DNA of 64,000 nt from Dehalococcoides sp. JdFR-54 (lineage in GTDB: Bacteria; Chloroflexota; Dehalococcoidia; JdFR-54). The notes below the pieces were generated by a model, which was given only the letters and a program-made list of their open reading frames with translations, was not told the origin of the DNA and made no database searches. Both the position numbers and the translations under genes were made by a program. Each line of letters opens with the position of its first letter. Within the stretch, counting starts at the first letter, position 1. Location: NCBI GenBank assembly GCA_002011475.1, contig MTNP01000037.1, positions 77,246 through 141,245 of the forward strand, in the 5' to 3' direction. Of the stretch, positions 18,087 to 27,174 are shown in pieces.

Positions 18087-18376
18087 CCGACCTTGAGATG
18101 TGGTCGTTGCTGGTGGGCTTCTTCCTGCCACCGGCCATAGCCGTAGTTCAGCGGAAAGAGTGGTCCGACGGCGTGCGAGCGCTGGTCGCCTTTGCCGCCT
18201 GCATTGTGGCTGCCCTGGGCACCTGCTACTTCAACGGCTCGCTGGATGGCAGGAGCCTCGTATCCGCAACCCTGACGGTGCTGGTCACTGCTGTGGCCAC
18301 CTACAAGGCTTTCTGGCACAAGACCGGGGTGAGCGACGCCATAGAGAGGCTGACCCGCCGGAAGATCAAGGCATAG
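18083..18376 (+). CDS. small membrane protein (2 predicted TM helices)
   Basis: 97 aa, hydrophobic. ATGA overlap with the methyltransferase stop. Confidence 0.4.
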   Translation: MTDLEMWSLLVGFFLPPAIAVVQRKEWSDGVRALVAFAACIVAALGTCYFNGSLDGRSLVSATLTVLVTAVATYKAFWHKTGVSDAIERLTRRKIKA

Positions 18377-18638
18377 CTTCAGGAGATGAAGGCGACATTG
18401 GCACCAGGTAAGGAACCGCGATATAATCAGCTTGAACTCACCGAGAGGGAGCGCAAGCTCATCGAGTTCATTCGAGAACTGGAGTTCGGCTCCCTCACTG
18501 TGGAGGTGCAGAGGGGAGAGCCGGTGGTTATTAGACAGCCCCTTAAGACGGTGAAGCTTTGAGTTTATGGCAATGGCTGTGTGGCGGGGCCTATGAAAAA
18601 GTGTTATCATTGAGCTGGAGAGAGGCAGGTGGCCTAAA

Positions 18639-19727
18639 ATGGTAACCGATGCGGTTCAGAAGTGGGTGGAGAATGCAGAGAGAGGCATCTTGCACAGAAG
18701 GCCTGGGCATGTGCTGACCAGTAGTAAGGAACTTAAGAAGTTAGGCAAATCTGATGTCGCTGAAAGCCTTTTAAGACAAGCGTTGGCGGAACTTCCTGCT
18801 GAAATTGACAAAACTAGAATACTTGTCGACCTCTGCTCTATAGTTATGCAGACAAATCCTGCTGAGGTTCTAGACCTTGTCAAAATGGGTGGGAAGAAGG
18901 ACCCAGGTTTGCTCCTAATGGAAGCAACAGCATTGGGGCGGCTGGAGAAGCGTGACGAAGCAATAGCTCGGCTGGAAGACGAAATTAAGTTAGACCCTCA
19001 CCTTGGAAAGAACGTCTTTATTGCCACCAAATTAGCGACATTGTACTTAGAAGAGGGGAGAAATCAAGAAACTATCAAGTTCTTAGAGCCCTTGGTTAGC
19101 GCAGGACACTTTGGACGCCATCTCCAAATTAAACAAATCCTGGCGGATGCATACATCAAGACTGGAAGAGCTGATAAAGCACTTGAACTGTTAAGTGGCT
19201 TGAGGGACGACCGGAGCCGCGAACTCGCTAACAGAGCGCAAGAAGTCCTCGGCGAGGGAGCACCCGTAGCGCCAGGTGGAGGACCTCGTGTCTTCGTAGT
19301 GCATGGGCATGATAGGCCTTCCCTTTCTGAGCTTAAGAATTTACTTTATAAGATTGGTGCCGAGCCTTTAACCTTCGATGATCTCCCCAAGCCTGGATCC
19401 CCGACCGTAATTGAGCTTTTGGAAAAACATGTTCCCACCTTTGACGCACTTGTTGCGCTTCTTACACCGGATGATGAAGGCAGAAAACGAGGCGAGACGG
19501 AGTGGGAGTTGAGAGCGAGGGAGAATGTCTTGATAGAAGCTGGCTACGGACTAATTTCCCGACGCGAAAGAAGCCTGATTGTGGCCCTGGGTGGAGTGTC
19601 AATCCCCTCTGACCTTGAGGGCATTCATCGCGTAGTAGGCGATGAGTGGACTGCCGCGGTAGGAATGAAGGTAGCAAGACGGCTACGCGATATGCAGCTT
19701 AACGTGGATGCATCAAAAGCGGCATAA
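18639..19727 (+). CDS. TPR-like N-terminal domain fused to a TIR-like nucleotide-binding domain (PF10137-type); moron
   Basis: C-terminal VFVVHGHD...ALLTPDDEG...RARENVLIEAGYGLISRRERSLIVALGGVSIPSDLEGIH fits the predicted-nucleotide-binding TIR-like family. GC is markedly lower than the flanks and its own terminator follows. Confidence 0.6.
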   Translation: MVTDAVQKWVENAERGILHRRPGHVLTSSKELKKLGKSDVAESLLRQALAELPAEIDKTRILVDLCSIVMQTNPAEVLDLVKMGGKKDPGLLLMEATALGRLEKRDEAIARLEDEIKLDPHLGKNVFIATKLATLYLEEGRNQETIKFLEPLVSAGHFGRHLQIKQILADAYIKTGRADKALELLSGLRDDRSRELANRAQEVLGEGAPVAPGGGPRVFVVHGHDRPSLSELKNLLYKIGAEPLTFDDLPKPGSPTVIELLEKHVPTFDALVALLTPDDEGRKRGETEWELRARENVLIEAGYGLISRRERSLIVALGGVSIPSDLEGIHRVVGDEWTAAVGMKVARRLRDMQLNVDASKAA

Positions 19728-19825
19728 GCAGAAGACAGCGGCGAAGGCCTCGCAGGTCGTCGTGGATAGGAAATAGAAATAGCGTGAGAAAAGTCTAAAA
19801 CCGAATACGCCAGGGAGGACAACTC

Positions 19826-19858
19826 GCGGCAAGCTTCGAAAGAGGTTTGCCGCTTTTT
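19826..19858 (+). terminator. rho-independent terminator (gcggcaa-loop-ttgccgc-TTTTT)
   Basis: 7-bp GC stem plus a T5 run, 100 nt after the TIR-like gene. Confidence 0.55.
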
Positions 19859-20298
19859 GTTTGCCCACGAGGAACAGCAGGGAATGACTACCGGAAATAC
19901 GCATATTTGTGTCCAAAGGAAAGGCTCACTTTTGAGTGCTCGGGGTGAGCTGGGCTCTGTAAGCACTCTCCGGGCCTCTGCTCTCGTCAGGAGGTGCTCC
20001 CTGGAAGAGGTGCAGAAGGGGCTGAAGAAGGCTGCGCCCGCCTCCGCCGGGGCTGGCCGTTCTGGGCCTGCGGGTGGAGTGCGCATAACACCATGTTATC
20101 TGCACTCTTCCGTAGCTATGATTTCAGCCTTGTTGCCGGGCTTTCCGGCTAAAAAATTCAAGATTTTCCCCCACGCGGCGCAGCGCCATTTTGTCATCCC
20201 TCACCTTCCAGGTGCTTCACCGTTGCGGGCGCTGTCGGGGGTTCTGTTGGGGCTTTGTTACGGTCGCCCCCGCGCTTTGTTACGGAGTGTTGGAGTCT

Positions 20299-20955
20299 AT
20301 GGCTGACAGAAACCCCTCTGAAAAGCAAAACCGCGAGGGCTTGCGCGGGGTGTCTGTCTCCGAAGGGGAAAAGAGAAGGCCCGGCGAGCACGGCCTGCTC
20401 CCTGGCCTGTGCCGAGTATGCCAGAGCCCCCATCGCAAGGACTATGAGCGGAGGATGGCTGAGGGGTGGTCTGGCCGCAGGCTGGAGCGATACAGCAGGG
20501 AGATTGGGGAGCCCATCTCGGTGTCCAGCTTCCTGAATCACAGGGAGAAGCACTTCAAGGGGGAGCTGGAGAAGCTCAAGGACGAGCGGATGGAGGAGAT
20601 AGCCAGGAGCCGAATCAGGCTGGGGATGGAGGCCATAGAGGTGCTGAAGTCCAACCTGGAGGTGATGAACAAGGGCAAGGAAGCTCTGGCTAAGGTGTTC
20701 GCTAACCCTGAGGGGCTGTCGGGCACCATGATGGGCAACGCCGCCAGGCTCATGGGCGAGATACGGCTCACCTCGGACGCCCTGGAGGCCAAGCTGGAGA
20801 AGCTGCGGGGCCTGGGCGAGGTGGATGAGGAGGCCCTGGCCTCGGACCTTACCAGGCTCATTGGCCTCCTCTGCCCTGAGTGTCGGGTGCGGGTGGCCGA
20901 GGAGATCGGCCTGGACCCTGGGGACATCGTGAAGACGGCCAGGGGGTTGCTATGA
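20299..20955 (+). CDS. putative terminase small subunit (assigned by position)
   Basis: 218 aa. ATGA overlap with the large terminase start. Coiled-coil C-terminus. Confidence 0.4.
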   Translation: MADRNPSEKQNREGLRGVSVSEGEKRRPGEHGLLPGLCRVCQSPHRKDYERRMAEGWSGRRLERYSREIGEPISVSSFLNHREKHFKGELEKLKDERMEEIARSRIRLGMEAIEVLKSNLEVMNKGKEALAKVFANPEGLSGTMMGNAARLMGEIRLTSDALEAKLEKLRGLGEVDEEALASDLTRLIGLLCPECRVRVAEEIGLDPGDIVKTARGLL

Positions 20956-22274
20956 CCACGGGCTTTGCCCTGCGCCTGGTGAGGGAGAGGCTTGCCCAGG
21001 GCTTCTACGACTCCCTGGTGGTGTTCGCCCGGCATGAGCTGAGCCTGAGGCTCTCGGAAGATCAGCGGCGGCTGGCGGAGTTCCTCCAGGATGTGGAGAA
21101 CCGAAGGGCCATAGTGTCGGCGGGGAGAGGAGCGGGGAAGACGCTGATGGGGGCGGTGCTGGCGGTGTGGTCGGCAACGGCCCTGGCTGAGAGGTTGAGG
21201 AGGCCCTACCAGGTGATGGTCATCGGCGGTACCCAGAAGCAGGCCGACTTCCTCTACGACTACTGCCGCCGCTTCTTCGACCGCTCGCCCTACCTGTCCT
21301 CCCGAATCCGGGGCGAGCCTTTGAAGTCGGAGACCCGCTTCAAGAACGGCTCCCTCATCATGGTGCACGCCGCCTCCCCAGGTGGGGTGAGGCACGCCCA
21401 TGTGGACTGCCTCATCTTCGACGAGGTGGCGGTGGCCCGGGACGACATGGTGCGGGCCTCCTTCTCCATGGTGGACGAAGCTCCCTACCCCAGGATAGTG
21501 CTCCTGTCCACGCCCCACGACCCCATGTCGGTGTTCGTGGCTATCTGGCAGGACGCCGAGCGGGAGGGCTTCAGGAAGTTCAACTGGGACTCCTCCCGCT
21601 GCCCCTGGAAGGACAGGGAGGAGGTGGCGCTGAAGGAGAGCACCCTGTCGAGAGAGCAGTTCACCGTGGAGTATCGGGGCCTCCCCTCCAGCTACGAGAA
21701 CGCCATCTTCAACCTGGGCGACATCAGGGAGTGCCGGGTGAGCCAGAAGCCCAGGCGGGATGGAGATAACCCTGTGGTCATGGGCATTGACTGGGGCTTT
21801 GCCCCCGGGCTTCACGAGACGGTGGTCACGGTGGTGCAGAGGCAGGGCGAGCTCTTCGTGGTGCTGCATGCCGAAAAGATAGAGGGAAGGCCCGAGGAGA
21901 AGCAGGAGCGCATCAAGGCCATCTACTACGAGCTTCGGGCGGAGAGGGCCTTCGCCGACATGAGCCACATCTCCGAGAACCAGCGCTTGGCCGAGGCGGG
22001 GCTCCAGGTGACCCAGGTGCCCTTCCAGAACCGCAAGAAGGAGATGGTCTACCGGGCACAACGGCTGTTCCAGCAGCGCCAGGTAAGGATATTCGACCAG
22101 GAGCTGGAGCTGATAAAGCAGCTCACCCACTACCAGTGGGCGGAGTCCAAGACGGGGAAGCTCACCCCGATGAAGGGGAGGGACGACTTCGTGGACTCTC
22201 TCCTGCTGGCGCTGACGGGGGCGGAGACCTATCACGCCCCTTCGCCGATAAAGGCGGGGAGGTATAGCTGGTGA
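20952..22274 (+). CDS. terL: terminase large subunit
   Basis: Walker A SAGRGAGKT, Walker B LIFDE, C-terminal nuclease-like region. 440 aa. Confidence 0.8.
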   Translation: MTTGFALRLVRERLAQGFYDSLVVFARHELSLRLSEDQRRLAEFLQDVENRRAIVSAGRGAGKTLMGAVLAVWSATALAERLRRPYQVMVIGGTQKQADFLYDYCRRFFDRSPYLSSRIRGEPLKSETRFKNGSLIMVHAASPGGVRHAHVDCLIFDEVAVARDDMVRASFSMVDEAPYPRIVLLSTPHDPMSVFVAIWQDAEREGFRKFNWDSSRCPWKDREEVALKESTLSREQFTVEYRGLPSSYENAIFNLGDIRECRVSQKPRRDGDNPVVMGIDWGFAPGLHETVVTVVQRQGELFVVLHAEKIEGRPEEKQERIKAIYYELRAERAFADMSHISENQRLAEAGLQVTQVPFQNRKKEMVYRAQRLFQQRQVRIFDQELELIKQLTHYQWAESKTGKLTPMKGRDDFVDSLLLALTGAETYHAPSPIKAGRYSW

Positions 22275-23602
22275 GCTGGCTTGACCGCCTGACAGGGAAG
22301 AGACGGGGGCCCAGGGTCCTGGAGAGCCTGGTGCGAGTGGGCACCTATGGCGACGCCCAGGCAGCCGAGGCCCGCCGCCGACCCGAGGAGGGGAAGTGGC
22401 TCACCCGGGTGGACCCGCAGAAGCTGTGCCTGCTCTACATCGTCGAGCCTACCTTCTTCCGGGCGGTGAACACCTACGCCCATATCCTGTCCTCCCTGCC
22501 CTACAGGGTGGAATCGGAGAGCGAGGAGGCAAAGAAAGTAGTAACTGACTTCTGCCAGGGCATCGACCTCCAGGGCAGGATCGAGGAGATAGTGCGCCAC
22601 CAGGGGATCATCGGCAACGCCTTCGCCGAGCTTATCAGGAACGGGGCAGGCCACATCGTTGACCTTCTGGTGGTGGAGAACCCGGAGACCTTCGACTTCA
22701 TCAGGAATGCCTCGGGGGACATCGAGTTCGACCAGGACGGCCTGCCCAGAGGCTACGAGCAGAAGCTGTCAAAGGAGATAAGGGGCAGGCAGTTCTCCAG
22801 GGAGGACATCGTCCACTTCCGCCTGTTCACCGCCCCTGGCGTCTACTGGGGCATCGGCCTCATCGAGCCCCTCTACAAGACGGCGCTGCGCAAGCTCAAC
22901 ATCGAGGAGGCCCTGGCCGAGGTGGCCCACAAGAGGTCGGCCCCCATAGCGGTGTTCAGGATGGGGGTCCTGGAGCCCCAGGAGCGGATGCCCACCGCCC
23001 AGGAGCGCAAGGACCTGGAAGAGATGATGGCCAACCTCAAGAGCCAGAGCTACATCTTCCTGCCTCCCTACATCGGCCTGGAGTTCAAGTCGCCCGAGGG
23101 GATAGAGCGGGTGGTGGAGAGCCTGAAGCACTTCAACGAGCTCATGGCCACCGGGCTGGGGGTGCCCCCTACCATCCTGGGGCTCACCGATACCCCGGTG
23201 GGTGCGGCCAGGTCGGCAGATGTGGCCTTCGAGCGCAATATCAGGGCCTATCTCCGCTCCCTATCTCGCACCTTCGAGCGGGAGGTATTCGCCAGGCTGC
23301 TGGAGCAGGAGGGGATAGAGGCCCGGGTGCATCTCAGGTGGGGAGACCTCTCCGAGCCCGACAAGCTCTCCAGGGCGAGGAGGCTGGGCGTCTACGCCCG
23401 GGCGGGCCTGCTCTCCCCTGACCTCAGGCTGGAGAACTGGATCAGGCAGTACGAAGACCTGCCCGAAAAAGAAGAGGCCAGGGTTGCGCTCTCCGGCGAA
23501 GAGGAGCTTCGTAACCTCATCGGCCAGGAGATGCAGCGTCTGGAGGAGAAGGTTAGGGAGATAGTCAAGCAGGAGCTTAGAGATGAGTGGCAGGACTACT
23601 GA
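22271..23602 (+). CDS. portal protein
   Basis: 443 aa. GTGA overlap with terL. Position and size typical of a portal. Confidence 0.6.
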   Translation: MSWLDRLTGKRRGPRVLESLVRVGTYGDAQAAEARRRPEEGKWLTRVDPQKLCLLYIVEPTFFRAVNTYAHILSSLPYRVESESEEAKKVVTDFCQGIDLQGRIEEIVRHQGIIGNAFAELIRNGAGHIVDLLVVENPETFDFIRNASGDIEFDQDGLPRGYEQKLSKEIRGRQFSREDIVHFRLFTAPGVYWGIGLIEPLYKTALRKLNIEEALAEVAHKRSAPIAVFRMGVLEPQERMPTAQERKDLEEMMANLKSQSYIFLPPYIGLEFKSPEGIERVVESLKHFNELMATGLGVPPTILGLTDTPVGAARSADVAFERNIRAYLRSLSRTFEREVFARLLEQEGIEARVHLRWGDLSEPDKLSRARRLGVYARAGLLSPDLRLENWIRQYEDLPEKEEARVALSGEEELRNLIGQEMQRLEEKVREIVKQELRDEWQDY

Positions 23603-24335
23603 GAAGGTGCCGGAGCTTGAGCTTCTGCCCATATCCCGGAACCAGGCGGCGGCTTTTGTCCGGGAGCACCACTACGCCAGGAAGCTGCCCTCTACCTGCA
23701 AGCTCTACCTGGGCGGCTTCACCAGGGAGGGCCTCATGGCGGTGGCGGTCTGGGGCTATGGGGTGCGTCCCCTGCACACCGCCAGGAAGCTGGTCATGGG
23801 GGCCAGCACCGCCGAATACCTGGAGCTCAACCGCCTCTGCGTCCACGATTCGCTGCCCAGGAACAGCGAGAGCCATTTCCTATCGCTTTGCGTGAAGTGG
23901 ATAGAGCAGAACATGCCCCAGGTGGAGTGGCTCTTCTCCTTCGCCGACGGCATCTACGGCAAGCCGGGCTATGTGTATCAGGCAGCGGGCTGGCTCTGCG
24001 TGGGCAGGATACTCACCGAGAGATATGTCCTCGCCGATGGCACCGTTGTCCATCCCAGGCTGCCCGTCACCCGAAACGGCACCAGAACCTGGGCCTTCAT
24101 GGTGCGCCACTATCCGGGGATCAAGCGCCTCTGGGGATACCAGTTCAAATATCTCAAGCCCATAGGCTCCAGCACCGACAAGAGGCACGTGCTGAGGCGA
24201 TTGCTGGCGTCACCTCAGCCGTATCCGAAACATGGCGACTGCGTGATTTACGAGGCGGTGGAGGGCTCGAGGGTGAGCCGCCGTGTTTCCTTCACGGAGG
24301 GGCAGGTTCGACTCCTGCCCACCGCTCCAGCTTGA
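23583..24335 (+). CDS. Mom-like acyltransferase-fold protein (candidate DNA-modification enzyme)
   Basis: ...ELNRLCVHDSLPRNSESHFLS...LFSFADGIYGKPGYVYQAAGWLCVG resembles the Mom/GNAT-like pattern (SFAD...G..G.vYqAagW). Confidence 0.4.
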   Translation: MSGRTTEKVPELELLPISRNQAAAFVREHHYARKLPSTCKLYLGGFTREGLMAVAVWGYGVRPLHTARKLVMGASTAEYLELNRLCVHDSLPRNSESHFLSLCVKWIEQNMPQVEWLFSFADGIYGKPGYVYQAAGWLCVGRILTERYVLADGTVVHPRLPVTRNGTRTWAFMVRHYPGIKRLWGYQFKYLKPIGSSTDKRHVLRRLLASPQPYPKHGDCVIYEAVEGSRVSRRVSFTEGQVRLLPTAPA

Positions 24336-24354
24336 AAAGCAAGGCCGAATTGCA

Positions 24355-25731
24355 ATGGCAAAGGCAATCGAGGAACTTCAGAAGGAGGCGATAGAGAGGC
24401 TGTCGAAGCAGTTCCATCGGGAGCTTACCCGCGCCTTTCGCACCGCCGCCCACAGGGTAATTGAAGCCCAGCGCAGGGACTGGGGACGAAGCATGGAGCC
24501 CTGGGAGCTGGGCAAGGTGGAGGGCAGTCTCAAGGCGGCGGACAAAGCCCGGGAAGCTTTGCTGAAGGAGCTACAAGCCCTGGTGGATAGGTTTATCCCC
24601 CGGGCCTTCCGTGAGGAGCGCAGAGAGGCCTTCTCCCGGGGCAGGTCGCCTCAGGTGGTTCTTGAAGAAGGGATGAGCTCCCTGCAGGAGCGGCCCCTTA
24701 CCGCCGCCGAGGAGCGGATGGTGCGTGCCCTGACCCGGTTCACCTACGAGACCTACAGGACGGTGGCCGCCGAGTGGCATGGCAGGGTGCGCACCACCAT
24801 CGCCCTGGGGGTGCTCCGGGGCGACGACATGCGCACCGTCTCCCGCAGGATAAGGGAGCAGACAGGAGTTCGCCTCTCCGACGCCGAGAGGATAGCCAGA
24901 ACCGAGACCGCCCGGGTCTCCCAGGCAGCCAGGATGGGGGAATACCAGAAGCGCCGTGTGGAGAAGCTGGACTGGATTCTGGCCGACCGTCCCTGCACCG
25001 TATGTGAGGACATCGCCAGGGGCAGCCCCTACGAGCGTGACAAGGTTCCTGCCCTTCCTGTCCATCCCCATTGCATGTGCGCCGTGGCTCCCGTGATTGA
25101 GGAGTTGCCCGAGCCGCCACCGCCTGAGAAGGACTGGGAGCCGAGAGTGATCAACGCTGGCTACTCCGAGCTGGAGCGGGCCAGGATCAACCGCCTGCTG
25201 GATAAGCTTCCCCAGGAGGACAAGGAGCGAATGATGGGCTACCTCGCCAGCGAGGAGCACTGCCCCGTCATCCTGCGCCCCGAGGACATGAGGCGGCGCC
25301 TGGGCTTCGACGCCGAGGCCAAATACGGCAGGGACTACAGGCCCTACGTGGACTGGGCGGGGCTCTACGAGCCCTCCACCAACCGGGTGTGGGTGCTTCC
25401 CGAATACAGGGACCACGCCCTCGTCCACGAGATAGGGCACCAGTACTACTGGCACGGCGTGTCGGCGGGGAGGCGCAGCAGCCTGGTGCTGAACCGGAAC
25501 TACGAACTCTATCAGAAGGCGAAGGCGGCGGGCAGAGCGGTGACCGACTACGCCCTCACCAACGAGCGGGAGTACTTCGCCGAGGGTGTCAAGTTCTTTA
25601 TCCAGGACCCCCGCCGGCTGCACCAGAGGGATATTGCTATGTATCGCTTCTTGAACGAGCAGGTGTTCCCCGGCACCTACAAGAGGCTGCCCCGGCCAGG
25701 GGCGAAGCTCCAGGAGGTCCAGGTTGGCTGA
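24355..25731 (+). CDS. head morphogenesis (SPP1 gp7/Mu F-like) protein with a C-terminal zinc-metalloprotease-like domain (HEIGH)
   Basis: Position after the portal. C-terminal ALVHEIGHQYYWHG zincin motif. Confidence 0.5.
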   Translation: MAKAIEELQKEAIERLSKQFHRELTRAFRTAAHRVIEAQRRDWGRSMEPWELGKVEGSLKAADKAREALLKELQALVDRFIPRAFREERREAFSRGRSPQVVLEEGMSSLQERPLTAAEERMVRALTRFTYETYRTVAAEWHGRVRTTIALGVLRGDDMRTVSRRIREQTGVRLSDAERIARTETARVSQAARMGEYQKRRVEKLDWILADRPCTVCEDIARGSPYERDKVPALPVHPHCMCAVAPVIEELPEPPPPEKDWEPRVINAGYSELERARINRLLDKLPQEDKERMMGYLASEEHCPVILRPEDMRRRLGFDAEAKYGRDYRPYVDWAGLYEPSTNRVWVLPEYRDHALVHEIGHQYYWHGVSAGRRSSLVLNRNYELYQKAKAAGRAVTDYALTNEREYFAEGVKFFIQDPRRLHQRDIAMYRFLNEQVFPGTYKRLPRPGAKLQEVQVG

Positions 25732-26038
25732 GTATGAGGTGGTAAGGTATCACGGCCATCCCGAGGCGCCTACCCAGGAGCTGGTGGGCAGACTGGTGTG
25801 GGATGCCGAAAAGAAGCAGCTTTCCTACGAAGCCTGGGATGAGAGGCTGGCGCAGCTCCTGGCCGAGGTCAGGCGCAGGCGGGCGGTAAAACGCTTCGCC
25901 CCTGGCCCCGAGCCGGAGCGGGAAGACGTGGTCGTGGACAGCATCGTGGACGCCCCTATGGACGACCCGAAGTTCATCACTTACCTGGACGACTGGCTCG
26001 CCAACTGGGGCTTCAACCTGGTGGAAATGGAGACATGA
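25724..26038 (+). CDS. hypothetical protein
   Basis: 104-aa ORF with 4-nt overlaps. Confidence 0.4.
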   Translation: MAEYEVVRYHGHPEAPTQELVGRLVWDAEKKQLSYEAWDERLAQLLAEVRRRRAVKRFAPGPEPEREDVVVDSIVDAPMDDPKFITYLDDWLANWGFNLVEMET

Positions 26039-27174
26039 TAAGGGTTACTTTCCTGGGCACCAGAGCCGAGGTGGAAATACCTCAGGAGGGCCACGACGAT
26101 CCCCAGTGCCAGGAAGCCCGTCGCCTGGGTAATGACTACTACCATAAGCTGCATTCCTCCCTGCTCATTGAGGCAGAGGGCAGCAGGCTCATGCTCGATG
26201 CCGGGGAGGGGCACGAGGAGATGGTGGCCAGGGTAAAGCCCGACGCCATCCTGGTCACCCATGCCCATCCCGACCACCTCTCCAGAAGGCTGGAAGCCCT
26301 TGAGCCTGCCATCCCCGTCTACATGAGCGAGGATACCGCCGAGGTTATCAAACTGCCCCACGAGCAGGTATTTCCTGAAGACAAGCCCTTTGAGGTGGCG
26401 GGGTTCAAGGTGGTGGCCCATCCCGTTGTCCACTCCCTGGTGGCCCCAGCTGTTTGCTTTAAGGTGTCAAAGGGGGACTTCACCCTGGTCTATGCCCCGG
26501 ATGTGGTCTCCATACCCGACCGCCAGCACTTCCTCAAGGGCGTTGACCTCTACATCGGCGATGGCTCCTCCCTTACCAGGGACATCATCCGCCGCAGGGA
26601 CGATAAGCTCATCGGGCATGCCAGTATGCTCAGGCAGCTTCGCTGGGCAGAGGGGATGAAGCAGGTTCTCTTCACCCATGTGGGGCACCTGAAGAAGACC
26701 GAGGCCGATGTCAACCAGGCCCTGCGCATCGCCTCCGATGGGAGGGCCCGCCTGGCCCGGGACGGGATAAGCCTGGAGTTTGAGAGCCTCCAGGTCACCA
26801 TCGAGACCATTGCCCCGGTTCTGGCTCCAGCTATCCCCACCAGAGCTGAGCCTCAAGACCTTATCCAGGATGCAGAGAGCTACGATGCCTCTGCCCCCAG
26901 GGATGACCAACTCAGGGACGACTGGCGCATCGTCTGCGGCTGGTATGCCACCCTGAAGAGCGGCGGCGACATCAAGTTCGATGAGGCCACCATCGTGGCT
27001 CTGGGGCAGAAAATCCTCAAGGAGCTGCTGCGCCGCAAGCGGAAAGACCCCCTCAGTCTTTACCGCCCACCCCGGGGAGATGAAGGAGTATCCCAGGGAG
27101 CTCTACGAGCGCATCACCAGAGAGTGGGACCCAGAGGACAAAGCCTTCCTGGAGACCGAGCCGGAGGAGCTTGA
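26035..27174 (+). CDS. metallo-beta-lactamase-fold hydrolase (candidate nuclease)
   Basis: LVTHAHPDHL (HxHxDH) and further MBL motifs. The C-terminal ~30 codons overlap the next gene and look low-complexity, so the true stop is uncertain. Confidence 0.55.
   Translation: MIRVTFLGTRAEVEIPQEGHDDPQCQEARRLGNDYYHKLHSSLLIEAEGSRLMLDAGEGHEEMVARVKPDAILVTHAHPDHLSRRLEALEPAIPVYMSEDTAEVIKLPHEQVFPEDKPFEVAGFKVVAHPVVHSLVAPAVCFKVSKGDFTLVYAPDVVSIPDRQHFLKGVDLYIGDGSSLTRDIIRRRDDKLIGHASMLRQLRWAEGMKQVLFTHVGHLKKTEADVNQALRIASDGRARLARDGISLEFESLQVTIETIAPVLAPAIPTRAEPQDLIQDAESYDASAPRDDQLRDDWRIVCGWYATLKSGGDIKFDEATIVALGQKILKELLRRKRKDPLSLYRPPRGDEGVSQGALRAHHQRVGPRGQSLPGDRAGGA

Noticed and set aside
19728-20298. ORFs 19857-20306 (+) and 20194-20553 (-) in the spacer between the TIR-like moron and the small terminase gene; also a possible tRNA/ncRNA
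   Set aside because: The translations are low-complexity and overlap each other and the small terminase gene. I could not recognise a cloverleaf by eye. The region contains the moron terminator and probably the late-gene promoter.
26981-27079. Extended N-terminus (MRPPSWLW...) of the methyltransferase-ligase fusion gene
   Set aside because: The upstream 33 codons are low-complexity and overlap the metallo-beta-lactamase-fold gene. The ATG at 27080 (MKEYPRELYER) is the more plausible start. A frameshift fusion to the metallo-beta-lactamase protein cannot be excluded.
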